From Thermodesulfobacteriota bacterium (lineage in GTDB: Bacteria; Desulfobacterota_D; UBA1144; Nemesobacterales; UBA2774): a DNA stretch of 64,000 bases. Below the pieces are notes generated by a model, which worked only from the letters and a program-made list of their open reading frames with translations, did not search any database and was not told the origin of the DNA. This document shows, one piece after another, positions 1 through 10,061 of the stretch; positions within the stretch are counted from its first letter, which is position 1, and each line of letters opens with the position of its first letter. The stretch lies in contig OZ244197.1 of the NCBI GenBank assembly GCA_965216785.1, positions 544,001 through 608,000 on the forward strand, read 5' to 3'. The position numbers and the translations under genes are program-made.

Positions 1-110
1 TTTCAACCCCTATTTTGACCCGTACCGAGAGCCCTTTTTTTATTAGTAGCCAATCACCAGAACTTTAATTACAATATCAAACTAGAGTCCGCTGCGAGGG
101 AATTGAAACG

Positions 111-662
111 ATGCCTAAAGTTTTGGAAATAGCAGAGCTGGGTCAGCACGTATTACGAGAAAAAGCCTCTGACATCGATAACGTCGAAGACCCCTCGGTA
201 CAGGAATTTATAGACAATCTCATTGAAACGGGAGTAGATTCAAACGGTGTAGGCATAGCGGCGCCCCAGGTGTTTGAGCCCTACCGCATATTCATAATCA
301 ACTCGCGCCCTAATCCGCGATATCCGAGCGCTCCCGAAATCGGCCCCATGGCTATAATAAACCCTGAGATTACTTCCTATTCCGAAGAAAAAGAAAAAGA
401 CTGGGAGGGTTGCCTGAGTATTCCGGGCATTAGGGGGCTTGTGCCAAGACACAAGCACATAAGCACGCGTTACACGACAAGGGAGGGTAATATTGAGGAA
501 AAGAATTTTTCGGATTTTGTTGCCAGAATATTCCAGCATGAGTTCGACCACTTAAACGGCGTCGTATTTTTAGACAGGATGGAATCGAGCCGGGAGATTA
601 TTACAGAAAAGGAATATCAGCGGCTGATGGGCCAAGCTTATGATCTAAACGACGGAGGATAG
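111..662 (+). CDS. def: Peptide deformylase
   Basis: Motifs GVGIAAPQ, EGCLS and HEFDH. Confidence 0.96.
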   Translation: MPKVLEIAELGQHVLREKASDIDNVEDPSVQEFIDNLIETGVDSNGVGIAAPQVFEPYRIFIINSRPNPRYPSAPEIGPMAIINPEITSYSEEKEKDWEGCLSIPGIRGLVPRHKHISTRYTTREGNIEEKNFSDFVARIFQHEFDHLNGVVFLDRMESSREIITEKEYQRLMGQAYDLNDGG

Positions 663-667
663 AACAG

Positions 668-1441
668 GTGAACCCGGGCTTAAAGCTAATAGGAGCTATT
701 ATGCTACTACTAATATCGACTTCTTATTCAAGCACCCTCTCAACAGCCGAAGAACATCAGGATTCTCTCTTTCAGACCGCTATCCTGCAGTCTCTTGTAG
801 ATGGAGTGTACGACGGAGACTTAACTGTAGGGGAGTTAAAAGAGCACGGCGACTTCGGAGTGGGAACATATAACCGGCTTAACGGAGAGATGGTGGCTCT
901 TGACGGCGTCTTTTACCAGGTTAAGTCAGACGGCAAAATAGAAATCCCGGATGACTCCACAAAAACCCCCTTCGCGATAGTAACATTTTTTGATACCAAT
1001 GAAACTATGAAGCCCCATAGCAAGATGAGCTGCGAAGAACTTAAAAGCTATATTGAAAACGCCCTTCCCGCTGAAAACATATTCTACGCAATAAAAGTTC
1101 ACGGGAGTTTTGAATATATGAAGACCAGGAGCGTACCCGAGCAAACAGCGCCGTATCCGCCCCTTAGCGAAGTGGTTAAAATAGAGTCAAAATTCGAATT
1201 CAAGAACATTACCGGAACCATCGTAGGACTATGGTTGCCCGAGTATATGGACAATATAAATCAGCCAGGATTCCATTTTCATTTCATATCGGACGACAAA
1301 AAATCAGGGGGACATGTGCTGGACTGTAAAACGGAGGATGTAGTAATAGAGATAGATTACATGAGAGAGCTCGATCTCGATCTTCCAGACACGGAAGGCT
1401 TTAATAACGCTGAGCTTACGGAGCCAAAAAAGGAAAATTAG
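668..1441 (+). CDS. budA: Alpha-acetolactate decarboxylase with predicted signal peptide
   Basis: HGDFGVGT..LNGEM..LDG, TPFA, RSVP.Q..PY, GFHFHFI..GGHVLD; hydrophobic N-terminus; GTG start. Confidence 0.88.
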   Translation: MNPGLKLIGAIMLLLISTSYSSTLSTAEEHQDSLFQTAILQSLVDGVYDGDLTVGELKEHGDFGVGTYNRLNGEMVALDGVFYQVKSDGKIEIPDDSTKTPFAIVTFFDTNETMKPHSKMSCEELKSYIENALPAENIFYAIKVHGSFEYMKTRSVPEQTAPYPPLSEVVKIESKFEFKNITGTIVGLWLPEYMDNINQPGFHFHFISDDKKSGGHVLDCKTEDVVIEIDYMRELDLDLPDTEGFNNAELTEPKKEN

Positions 1442-1449
1442 GAGCAATT

Positions 1450-2271
1450 ATGAAACATTATCATTCAAGACTTCTTATCTTACTATTAGCTGCATTGTTA
1501 TTAGGTAATGCAAACATTACTAATGCAGAATCCGCGACGAGTACTTTTCCGGAGGGAAAATGGATCGATCTTACGCACGATTTTTCTTCAGACACGATTT
1601 ACTGGCCGACGGCTGAGAGTTTTACGCTCGAAACAGAATTTCAAGGTATTACAGATAAAGGATACTTCTACGAGTCGCACCGCTACAGTGCGTCGGAGCA
1701 CGGCGGAACGCACATTGACGCGCCCGTGCATTTTGCTGAAGGTAGGCAGAGCGTTGATCAGATACCGCTTGAGAAGCTCATAGGCAGCGCCGTAGTGATA
1801 GACGTGAGCGCAAAAGCGCTCTTAGACCCGGACTATCAGGTAAGCGTTGAGGATATTACCGATTGGGAAAAAGAGAACGGGCAAATACCCGAGGGCTCAA
1901 TACTATTATTGAATACAGGTTACGCCAAATTCTGGCCCGACAGAGTAAAGTATATGGGGACGGATAAAAAGGGCCCGGAAGCTGTGAAAGAGCTGCACTT
2001 CCCAGGACTACATCCGGAGGCTGCCAAATGGCTAACTGAGAACAGAGAAATTAACGCTGTGGGACTCGATACACCAAGTATAGACTACGGCCAATCTACA
2101 CTGTTCGAAACCCACAGAATACTGTTTAAGGAAAATATCCCGGCCTTCGAAAATGTCGCGAATCTGGATAAACTTCCTGCAAAGGGAGCATTCGTAATCG
2201 CGCTTCCCATGAAGATCAAGGGCGGGAGCGGAGCGCCGCTCAGGATTATCGCCACCATACCGGAAAATTAG
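1450..2271 (+). CDS. Cyclase / kynurenine formamidase-like metal hydrolase with signal peptide
   Basis: EHGGTHIDAP.HF, GLDTPSID, GGSGAPLR; N-terminal LLILLLAALLLG..ANA-type signal. Confidence 0.88.
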   Translation: MKHYHSRLLILLLAALLLGNANITNAESATSTFPEGKWIDLTHDFSSDTIYWPTAESFTLETEFQGITDKGYFYESHRYSASEHGGTHIDAPVHFAEGRQSVDQIPLEKLIGSAVVIDVSAKALLDPDYQVSVEDITDWEKENGQIPEGSILLLNTGYAKFWPDRVKYMGTDKKGPEAVKELHFPGLHPEAAKWLTENREINAVGLDTPSIDYGQSTLFETHRILFKENIPAFENVANLDKLPAKGAFVIALPMKIKGGSGAPLRIIATIPEN

Positions 2272-2301
2272 AGCCGGGAGAATAAGAACGAGGAGTAGAA
2301 A

Positions 2302-2697
2302 ATGAGCCAGGACAAACCTACTAGAGAGCAGGAAGTGGAGGATGGAAAGCAGAGGGATATATCAGAGCACGCTAAAAATGCGGGACTCCTGATCCCCATG
2401 TTTATTACATCCACCGTGTGGGACGCGTGGGTAGTCCCGGACAAAAAAAGCATCGAGCAGGGTGAAAATGAAACCTCGCGTCTGAATAACATTCTGGACA
2501 AGCTCGTTTACTACATGAGGGTGCAGCGACAAACTAACCGATCTAACCTTATATTTTTCCCGGTCCCTCTAACTAAGGATGGAGAATCCGAGGACGTACA
2601 GCTGCTGTCCCATCTCGGCCCTCTCGAAGTTGGGGTGAATAAGCCCTGTATTACGATAATGACCCCAGAGGAATATGAAGCGCAGAATGCAAATTGA
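2302..2697 (+). CDS. Hypothetical protein, DUF6573-like
   Basis: TREQEVEDG..DISEHAKNAG..P..ITSTVW and C-terminal PCITIMTPEE resemble DUF6573; SD GAGGAG upstream. Confidence 0.6.
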   Translation: MSQDKPTREQEVEDGKQRDISEHAKNAGLLIPMFITSTVWDAWVVPDKKSIEQGENETSRLNNILDKLVYYMRVQRQTNRSNLIFFPVPLTKDGESEDVQLLSHLGPLEVGVNKPCITIMTPEEYEAQNAN

Positions 2698-2829
2698 ATT
2701 GAAAAAAGCCGTACCATAAAACCCTCTGTTCTCTCAAATTCAGTCCCGGCAATCAAAAGAGGCTTTCAGAAAACATTACGGCGTATAAATACCGCAAATA
2801 ATGTATAATAATTTTATTGAGGTCTGGAT

Positions 2830-3972
2830 ATGACACGCCGTGAAATTTACTTTGACAATAACGCGACTACGAGACCGCTCCCCGAAGTAAGGGAAGAGGT
2901 GCTTAAGGTCATAGGTGAGGAGTTCGGCAACCCCTCTAGCGCTCACTCTACCGGAGAGAGGGCCCGCCGTCACCTAAGCCAGGCAAGGGACAGCCTCGCA
3001 GCGCTCCTCGGATGCAATGCGTCTGCCGTCACATTCACCGGATCGGGCACGGAATCCAACAACATGGCGTTTTATTCCTGTACAAGGGATAAAAAGAAGA
3101 AATGCCGAGTGGTCACGACCTCGGTCGAGCATTCGTCCATCCAGAAAATGTGCAGTTACTTATGCATTAACGGCGTCGATATCAAAATGGTAAACGTCCA
3201 GCCAAACGGCTTAATCGACCGAGAAGAGCTCGAGAGAGCGATTAACGAAGATACCTCTCTTGTCTCCGTTCAGTGGGTGAACAATGAAACGGGCGTTGTG
3301 CAGCCGATAGAGGAAATAGGGGCGATGTGCAAAGACATGGGAGTCCCGTTTCACACCGACGCGGCGCAGGCTGTAGGAAAGCTTAAGATGAACCTTGATG
3401 AGCTGCAGTTTGATTTTCTTTCGCTCACCGGTCACAAGTTCCATTCCCCCCAGGGCGTTGGAGCCATTTACTGTAAAGACCGCTTTATGCTTGCTCCGAT
3501 CCTTTTCGGCGGCTTCCAGGAAGAGGGTTTCCGCCCGGGTACAGAGAACCTGCCCGGTATAGTAGGTATGGGAAAAGCCGCAGAGATAAGAAAGGCAAAA
3601 TTAGAGCAGTACATCTTAAAGATGAAGGACCTCAGAGACCGCTTCGAAGCCATGGTGCTCGACTTTGTACCCGGCACCAGAGTAAACGGAACTACGGAGA
3701 GCAGGGTATGCAATACTACCAACATTATGTTCGGCGGAGTAGACGGCAGAAAGCTCGTTAGAGAGCTGGACAACGTAGGTGTAAGGTGCTCTCAGAGCTC
3801 GGCCTGCACAAATTTTGAAATCGCGCCGTCCTATGTGCTATGCGCTATGGGGCTTACGGAAGAAGAGGCTTACTCGAGCATAAGGTTCAGCTTTTCCGTT
3901 GAAAACACGTTTGACGAAATAGATACAACTATTGGGCTTTTAAGAGACATTACCGAAAAATCCAGAATCTAA
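2830..3972 (+). CDS. iscS: Cysteine desulfurase (IscS/NifS type)
   Basis: YFDNNATT, GNPSS.H, HTDAAQ, TGHKF (PLP Lys), RPGTEN, SQSSAC catalytic Cys. Confidence 0.9.
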   Translation: MTRREIYFDNNATTRPLPEVREEVLKVIGEEFGNPSSAHSTGERARRHLSQARDSLAALLGCNASAVTFTGSGTESNNMAFYSCTRDKKKKCRVVTTSVEHSSIQKMCSYLCINGVDIKMVNVQPNGLIDREELERAINEDTSLVSVQWVNNETGVVQPIEEIGAMCKDMGVPFHTDAAQAVGKLKMNLDELQFDFLSLTGHKFHSPQGVGAIYCKDRFMLAPILFGGFQEEGFRPGTENLPGIVGMGKAAEIRKAKLEQYILKMKDLRDRFEAMVLDFVPGTRVNGTTESRVCNTTNIMFGGVDGRKLVRELDNVGVRCSQSSACTNFEIAPSYVLCAMGLTEEEAYSSIRFSFSVENTFDEIDTTIGLLRDITEKSRI

Positions 3973-4068
3973 ATCACAATCTGGAATAATTTTAGCCTGA
4001 TCTCAACCACACGCTTATCATTCATCCCCGACTCTGATTCCCCCAGGCTTGAATAAAGGTAATAAGGA

Positions 4069-4596
4069 ATGGACAGAGCGAAGAAAAACATACTAATTTC
4101 AGGACTTCCGGGGATAGGCAAGACCACCCTAATCAAAAACCTTATTCAAAAGATACCACTTTCCCGGCCCATAGGGTTCTACACCGAAGAGATAAGATAT
4201 GAGGGGGAAAGGAAGGGGTTTCAGGCTGTGAGCCTTGATGGTGAGAGATTGATTCTGGCACACGAGCTTTTACAGAGCGGATACCATGTAGGGAAATACA
4301 AAGTCGACGTAAAAGGCTTTGATAAATTCCTCGATAATATAGATTTTCTAAGAGATTATGAAAGACCTGTTGTTATTGATGAAATAGGAAAGATGGAGTG
4401 TCTCTCCGGTAAATTTGTAAGGATAATTTCTGAAATACTGGACTCCCCGGCTACTTTTGTCGCCTCTATCGCCCACACAGACGGCGGTATAAAGGGCAGA
4501 ATAAAAAAGAGAGACGACGTCCTCTTATACAAAATGAATCTCGATAACAGAGAAACACTGCTTGAGGATATTCTGGATATCCTGAATCCAGAATAG
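4069..4596 (+). CDS. Nucleoside-triphosphatase (THEP1/NTPase_1 family)
   Basis: GLPGIGKTT P-loop, GFYTEEIR, VIDEIGKME. Confidence 0.9.
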   Translation: MDRAKKNILISGLPGIGKTTLIKNLIQKIPLSRPIGFYTEEIRYEGERKGFQAVSLDGERLILAHELLQSGYHVGKYKVDVKGFDKFLDNIDFLRDYERPVVIDEIGKMECLSGKFVRIISEILDSPATFVASIAHTDGGIKGRIKKRDDVLLYKMNLDNRETLLEDILDILNPE

Positions 4597-4706
4597 AGCA
4601 ACTTCCACACATGCTTTACATCTAATATCAAAGTATCGGTCGTTCACAAAAAGTTTTGATATCTTTTGACATTTATATTATAAATGTGATGGAGGGAAAA
4701 TATCCA

Positions 4707-6692
4707 ATGGCTGAAACAACTCGACAAGCTAAAAAACATAAAAGCTGGTACAAAGTGCTCGAGCACGGCGAGCTTCCGGAAGGGAGGGTAACTACCAGGA
4801 CTTGCCGGAACCTAACCTTATGCCTCAGTAGACACGGGGGCAAATACGGAGCGCTCGACAACAAATGCCCTCATCAGGGGGGGCCGCTCGGGGAAGGATC
4901 TATCGAGAACGGCTGGCTCAGGTGTCCCTGGCACGGATGGGACTTTGATCCTATTTCCGGGAAATCGCCCGGAGGGTTTGAGGACGGCGTACCTGTATTT
5001 GAGATAGAAGAGCGGGACGACGGAATATATGTCGCGCTTGAAGATTTGGGAGAACATCAGAGAACAGTTACCGATCTTATGGCCGAGACAATGGTAAATT
5101 GGGGAATCAAGCATGTATTCGGCATGGTAGGACATTCGAACCTCGGGCTTGCGGACGCGCTGAGGGTTCAGGAGGAGAAAGGGAATATCTCCTACATAGG
5201 AATACGTCACGAAGGGGCTGCTGCTTTTGCGTGCTCGGCTTACGGCAAGCTCACAGGGAGACCCGCGGCGTGTCTTGGAATCGCAGGACCCGGATCAACT
5301 AACCTACTAACCGGACTTTGGGACGCGAATGTGGACCGAAGCCCAGTGCTTGCTCTGAGCGGCCAGGTAGATACGCAGGTGCTGGGCCCGGGGGCTTTTC
5401 AGGAAGTGGACCTGCAGGCAGCTTTCGGCAAGGTGGCTCAATGGACCCAGACCGTGCTTCAAACGAGTAAGCACGCAGAGCTTGTAAACCTGGCACTCAA
5501 GAGCGCCATACTGAACAGAGGGGTATCTCATCTGATTTTCCCGGACGAGGTACAGACGCTACCTGCAAAAGACGAGGCAAAAGCCGGCAGCCCTGTAGGC
5601 AGAGTGACACCGCTTACAATCACCCCGCCAAGGCAGACGTTAAACGAAGCGATAAAACTTATAAAGAAAGCCGAGCGGCCATCGATTATCGTAGGGCACG
5701 GCGCAAGGTTTAATATGGATTCTATAACAGAGCTTGCACAGAGCCTTAGGTGTCCGGTGTTTACGACATTTAAAGGCAAGGGGCTTATCCCTGACAACCA
5801 TCCACTCGGTTGCGGTGTACTCGGCAGGAGCGGTACTCCAATAGCGAGCTGGTTTATGAACGAGTCGGACCTGCTCATAGTGTTTGGGGCGAGCTTCAGT
5901 AACCACACAGGAATATCATCGAAGAAGACGATCATACACGTGGACTTTGACAACATGGCTTTAGCTAAATTCCACCCGGTCACAGTGCCGGTTTGGGGCG
6001 AGATCGGTATTACCGCAGAGCTTATAAAAAAAGCGGTGAAAGGAAAAGCTAAATCCAAGGACAGAAGAAAAGAGATAGCAAAACGGTGGAAGATATGGCG
6101 GGAGGAGAAAGAAAGCCGGAGAAAAGACGAAAGCTCTGTCGGGCTTAGCTCGTCCTATATATTCGAGGAGCTTTCTAATCACTCTCCAGAGGATGCCATA
6201 ATAGCAGTCGATGTAGGTAATAACACATATTCGTTCGGAAGATACTTTGAATGTAAAAAACAGTCGATACTGATGTCGGGCTATCTGGGCTCTATCGGGT
6301 TTTCTCTTCCCGGTGCGATAGGGGCATGGACAGCGACCCAGGAAGATGACCCGAGGTTCAGAGGACGAAAGGTAATATCCGTCTCCGGGGACGGAGGGCT
6401 CGGGCAGTATCTGGCAGAAGTAACTACAGCAGTTAAATACGGGATGAACATTACCCATGTGCTCCTTCACAATAAAGAGCTTGGGAAGATTTCAAAAGAA
6501 CAGCGCGCCGGGAACTGGGAGGTATGGCAGACTTCTCTGCATAACCCGAACTTTGCCGACTACGTGAACTCCTGCGGAGGGCTTGGAGTAAGGGTTACCA
6601 AAAAATCGGAGCTCAGAAGGGCTCTCAAAAAATGCTTCAAGCATAATGGGTTTTCAATGGTCGAGATTATGTCCGACCCGGATTTAATTTAG
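4707..6692 (+). CDS. Rieske [2Fe-2S]-fused thiamine-diphosphate enzyme (pyruvate oxidase/acetolactate synthase-like)
   Basis: Rieske CPH..CPWH; IRHEGAAAF; GDGG..N ThDP motif; start moved to ATG 4707 after GGAGG (ORF track begins at TTG 4656). Confidence 0.85.
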   Translation: MAETTRQAKKHKSWYKVLEHGELPEGRVTTRTCRNLTLCLSRHGGKYGALDNKCPHQGGPLGEGSIENGWLRCPWHGWDFDPISGKSPGGFEDGVPVFEIEERDDGIYVALEDLGEHQRTVTDLMAETMVNWGIKHVFGMVGHSNLGLADALRVQEEKGNISYIGIRHEGAAAFACSAYGKLTGRPAACLGIAGPGSTNLLTGLWDANVDRSPVLALSGQVDTQVLGPGAFQEVDLQAAFGKVAQWTQTVLQTSKHAELVNLALKSAILNRGVSHLIFPDEVQTLPAKDEAKAGSPVGRVTPLTITPPRQTLNEAIKLIKKAERPSIIVGHGARFNMDSITELAQSLRCPVFTTFKGKGLIPDNHPLGCGVLGRSGTPIASWFMNESDLLIVFGASFSNHTGISSKKTIIHVDFDNMALAKFHPVTVPVWGEIGITAELIKKAVKGKAKSKDRRKEIAKRWKIWREEKESRRKDESSVGLSSSYIFEELSNHSPEDAIIAVDVGNNTYSFGRYFECKKQSILMSGYLGSIGFSLPGAIGAWTATQEDDPRFRGRKVISVSGDGGLGQYLAEVTTAVKYGMNITHVLLHNKELGKISKEQRAGNWEVWQTSLHNPNFADYVNSCGGLGVRVTKKSELRRALKKCFKHNGFSMVEIMSDPDLI

Positions 6693-6736
6693 ATGTATAA
6701 ATTTAAAATTGAATCATCAATAATCCAGGAGGAAAT

Positions 6737-7528
6737 ATGGCTGACAAAACCGAGTATCCGGATATTAATTACAACGACGGTATTAAAACAATTGAGACTG
6801 TGCACGGATACGCAAAACTCTTAGGCGCAATCAGGGCCTCGATGACTCCCCCACAAAAAGACTATTGGCATATAAGCCTCAGGACCGGGCCGCTAGGGTT
6901 CCGTACTACGCCCGTGCCGATTGGAGACGGTCATACATTTGAATTACTTCTAGACCTGGTTTCACACTCGGCGGCGATCACAACGAGTAAAGGCTACACG
7001 TGGAACTTGCCAATCGAGGGACAAACGCTTACAGCCTTTTCGGAAAGCGTACTTAGAGAGCTCGGGAAGCTCGGAATCAGCCCTGAAATCGACACTGAAA
7101 AATTCAAAGACGAGACGGAAAGGATATACAACTTTCAGCACGCCTCGGACATATTTAGATACTATTCCATTTTCGACATGGTCTTAAAGGAATTTAAGGG
7201 AACGCTTGCTCAGGAGACAAGCCCCGTTCAGCTGTGGCCGCACCACATGGACATAGCGTTTACCTGCTACACGGAGTCAGGGTTATTGCTAACTTGCGGT
7301 TTTCTCCCGGGGGACGAAAGTATAGAAGAGCCATATTTCTACATAACCGCATACCCTGAGATAGATGATACGTCTTCTGTCACCCTTGGGGGTAAGGCGT
7401 ATTGGCATACCGTAGACTGGCAGGGGATTATCTATAAATACTCAGACCTTCTGGAATCAGAGTCTCCAAGAGAAGAGCTGCTAAGACATCTGGGATCGAG
7501 CTTTGATCAAATTATGGAAAAATCCTGA
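6737..7528 (+). CDS. DUF5996-like protein
   Basis: YWHISL, SPVQLWPHHMDIA, GFLPGD...EPYFY.TAYP; SD AGGAGG. Confidence 0.6.
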   Translation: MADKTEYPDINYNDGIKTIETVHGYAKLLGAIRASMTPPQKDYWHISLRTGPLGFRTTPVPIGDGHTFELLLDLVSHSAAITTSKGYTWNLPIEGQTLTAFSESVLRELGKLGISPEIDTEKFKDETERIYNFQHASDIFRYYSIFDMVLKEFKGTLAQETSPVQLWPHHMDIAFTCYTESGLLLTCGFLPGDESIEEPYFYITAYPEIDDTSSVTLGGKAYWHTVDWQGIIYKYSDLLESESPREELLRHLGSSFDQIMEKS

Positions 7529-7530
7529 TT

Positions 7531-8166
7531 TTATTCTGAGCATAAACCCGAGCAGGATTTATAGCCGGCTTTACACCCGGATACGCATTTTGATCTTTTA
7601 CCAGACTTAGCCCCACCTCCGATATATACACTGCAGCCCGACTTACAGTGCCGGAGCTTGTAATCGCAGTCTTCACTACAGCTTAGATCCGGTTTTTCTG
7701 GGTAATCGAGCCTTTCGGGAAGAGAGGGATCGGCGCATCTTTTTTTGCAGTAATCAGAGCTCTCGGCGCACTTGCTTCTGCATACGCTTTTCTTCCCGCT
7801 CTTGGCCCCGCCGCCTGTGTATTTGGTGCAAACTTCGTTGCAGTCAACAAGCTTTAAATCACATGCGTCCCTGCACGCACGGTCGTGATACGCCTCGGGT
7901 TTAAGCGTTGGCCTGGGCGTAGGGTTCAGGCATCTAACATTGCAGCCCTCAAGCTCTTTTCCGCAGCCCCTATTACACTCCCGTCTTTTCTCAGCCTTAG
8001 CCCCACCCCCAATGAGCTGTGAGCATGAGAACTCGCAGTTATCCCTACTCTCCTCACACATTTGCGGGCAGGTGAGATCTATATATTCTTCACCCCAAGC
8101 GGGATTGAAGAAAGATCCCAACATGGCAATTGTCGCCAATACCGATATTAGAGCTATTTTATTCAT
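7531..8166 (-). CDS. Secreted cysteine-rich protein with three CX3CX6CX3C-X15-CX3CX6CX3C repeats
   Basis: Signal peptide MNKIALISVLATIAMLGSFFNPAWG; 24 regularly spaced Cys; conserved GGGAK loop in each repeat. Confidence 0.8.
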   Translation of the reverse strand: MNKIALISVLATIAMLGSFFNPAWGEEYIDLTCPQMCEESRDNCEFSCSQLIGGGAKAEKRRECNRGCGKELEGCNVRCLNPTPRPTLKPEAYHDRACRDACDLKLVDCNEVCTKYTGGGAKSGKKSVCRSKCAESSDYCKKRCADPSLPERLDYPEKPDLSCSEDCDYKLRHCKSGCSVYIGGGAKSGKRSKCVSGCKAGYKSCSGLCSE

Positions 8167-8277
8167 ACATTTTGGCTTTGTATTGCTTACTAAATGAGTA
8201 CTTAAAGTATAGCAACTATGCATCTAACATAAAGCCCTGCTTGTTACGAACAGATACCCTCGTTATAATTTGCAAGC

Positions 8278-9606
8278 ATGAATACAGATAAATTGAGAAG
8301 CGATGCGGTCGCAATATTTAAGGCAGGCCTAAAAGCGGTAGATCCCGTAAACGCCGTAAAGAACAGGTTAAAACGCGAAGGTGAGATATTAAGGCTTGAA
8401 GGCAGTGAATATAACCTGGCAGAATACAAAAATATTTACGTAATCGGTATGGGCAAGGCGGCAGCGGCAATGGCAAGCGCGGTTGAGGATATATTGGGCG
8501 GGCTTATAACCGCGGGCGTGGTTAACGTAAAATACGGACACTCCGTACCGTTACAAATAATTAAGGTGAATGAAGCCGGCCACCCTGTACCGGACGAAAA
8601 AGGGCTCCGGGGAACCCAAGAGATTGTTGACCTTCTGAAAAACTCCGCAAGAGACGATCTGATTATCTGCTTGATATCAGGCGGCGGATCTGCGCTACTG
8701 CCGCTCCCCGCGGCGGATATTACGCTTGAGGACAAGCAGGAGCTTACCTCAGCGCTCCTTAGCTGCGGCGCTACGATTCATGAGATAAACGCGCTGCGAA
8801 AACAGATATCGGGAGTCAAAGGCGGCCGTCTGGCAAAACTTGCCTATCCCTCGACAATGATATCGCTGATACTATCAGACGTCATTGGAGACAACCTGGA
8901 CGTAATCGCATCAGGTCCCACGGTGCCGGACACCCACTCCTTTCACGACTGCCTTGAGATTGTGAATAAATACGGGCTTAAAGAACAAGCTCACGGGGCT
9001 GTAATTGAGTACATAGAAAAAGGATGCCGCGGAGGTCACGAGGAAACCCCCAAGCCTGAGGACCCCGCGTTTGAGCGCACTCAAAACGTTATAATCGGAA
9101 GCAACATAGAGGCGGTAAGGGCCGCAAGCGAGAAAGCCGGGGGGCTTGGATACAACAGCCTGATCCTATCTACTTTCATACACGGAGAAACAGAGGAAGT
9201 AGCAAAGGTGCACACAGCTATAGCCGAAGAGATACTAAGCTCCGGCAACCCCGTAAAGAGACCTGCCTGCATAATCTCAGGCGGCGAGACAACAGTGACA
9301 ATTGAAGGCACGGGAAAAGGAGGAAGAAACCAGGAGTTTGTTTTAGCGGCGGCCATTCATATTGAAGGATTAAATGACGTTGTAATCCTGAGCGGCGGAA
9401 CAGATGGAACCGACGGTCCGACAGACGCGGCAGGCGCGGTAGCCGACGGATCTACAGTATCAAGAGCGCATGATCTGGGACTTGATCCTTACGCATTTCT
9501 TTGCAATAACGATTCATACAACTTTTTTACGCAGCTTGGGGATCTGCTTATTACAGGCCCAACACATACGAACGTGATGGATGTAAGGGTCTTACTTGTA
9601 ACATGA
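8278..9606 (+). CDS. Glycerate 2-kinase / hydroxypyruvate reductase (MOFRL family)
   Basis: GMGKAA, AGHPVPD, ISGGGSAL, GGETTV, GGRNQE, TDGTDG, TGPT.TNV.D. Confidence 0.93.
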   Translation: MNTDKLRSDAVAIFKAGLKAVDPVNAVKNRLKREGEILRLEGSEYNLAEYKNIYVIGMGKAAAAMASAVEDILGGLITAGVVNVKYGHSVPLQIIKVNEAGHPVPDEKGLRGTQEIVDLLKNSARDDLIICLISGGGSALLPLPAADITLEDKQELTSALLSCGATIHEINALRKQISGVKGGRLAKLAYPSTMISLILSDVIGDNLDVIASGPTVPDTHSFHDCLEIVNKYGLKEQAHGAVIEYIEKGCRGGHEETPKPEDPAFERTQNVIIGSNIEAVRAASEKAGGLGYNSLILSTFIHGETEEVAKVHTAIAEEILSSGNPVKRPACIISGGETTVTIEGTGKGGRNQEFVLAAAIHIEGLNDVVILSGGTDGTDGPTDAAGAVADGSTVSRAHDLGLDPYAFLCNNDSYNFFTQLGDLLITGPTHTNVMDVRVLLVT

Positions 9607-9645
9607 GGGAAAAGATAAATAAGCGGATTTAGTATACTCCCGAAA

Positions 9646-9999
9646 TCAGAGTTTAAGACCAGCAAGAAATCCTATCTGCTCGGCAAGCTCCTCACGGGTG
9701 ACGGAGAAAATATCGAAAGTTTTATTGAGAGTGACCATCCTTATATTCTCGGCAATTAGTCTTTCCGAGCCTGAAACCCAATAGACACAGACGATCATCT
9801 CAAGACCGTTTGGATGCTTAAACATAATAGAGGCGTATCTATCGATGCCCATTATCAGCGGCCCGTCCGGTACAAGCTTTACCTGGTAGCCGGGAGCGGC
9901 GCCATAGTCTTTTATGAAATCTTCGAAAACCGGCCGTACCATGTTCTCGAATAAATCTTCTACTTTTTCGTCTAAATTTGACTCAGAATAATCGCTCAA
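9646..9999 (-). CDS. Hypothetical protein
   Basis: 117-aa ORF fills the gap between neighbouring genes; TTG start; no recognised motif. Confidence 0.6.
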   Translation of the reverse strand: MSDYSESNLDEKVEDLFENMVRPVFEDFIKDYGAAPGYQVKLVPDGPLIMGIDRYASIMFKHPNGLEMIVCVYWVSGSERLIAENIRMVTLNKTFDIFSVTREELAEQIGFLAGLKL

Positions 10000-10061
10000 T
10001 TAACTCACACTGAAATTCATACCACTCATATTTTATAGTACCAAAGTATGATTAAGACCGC

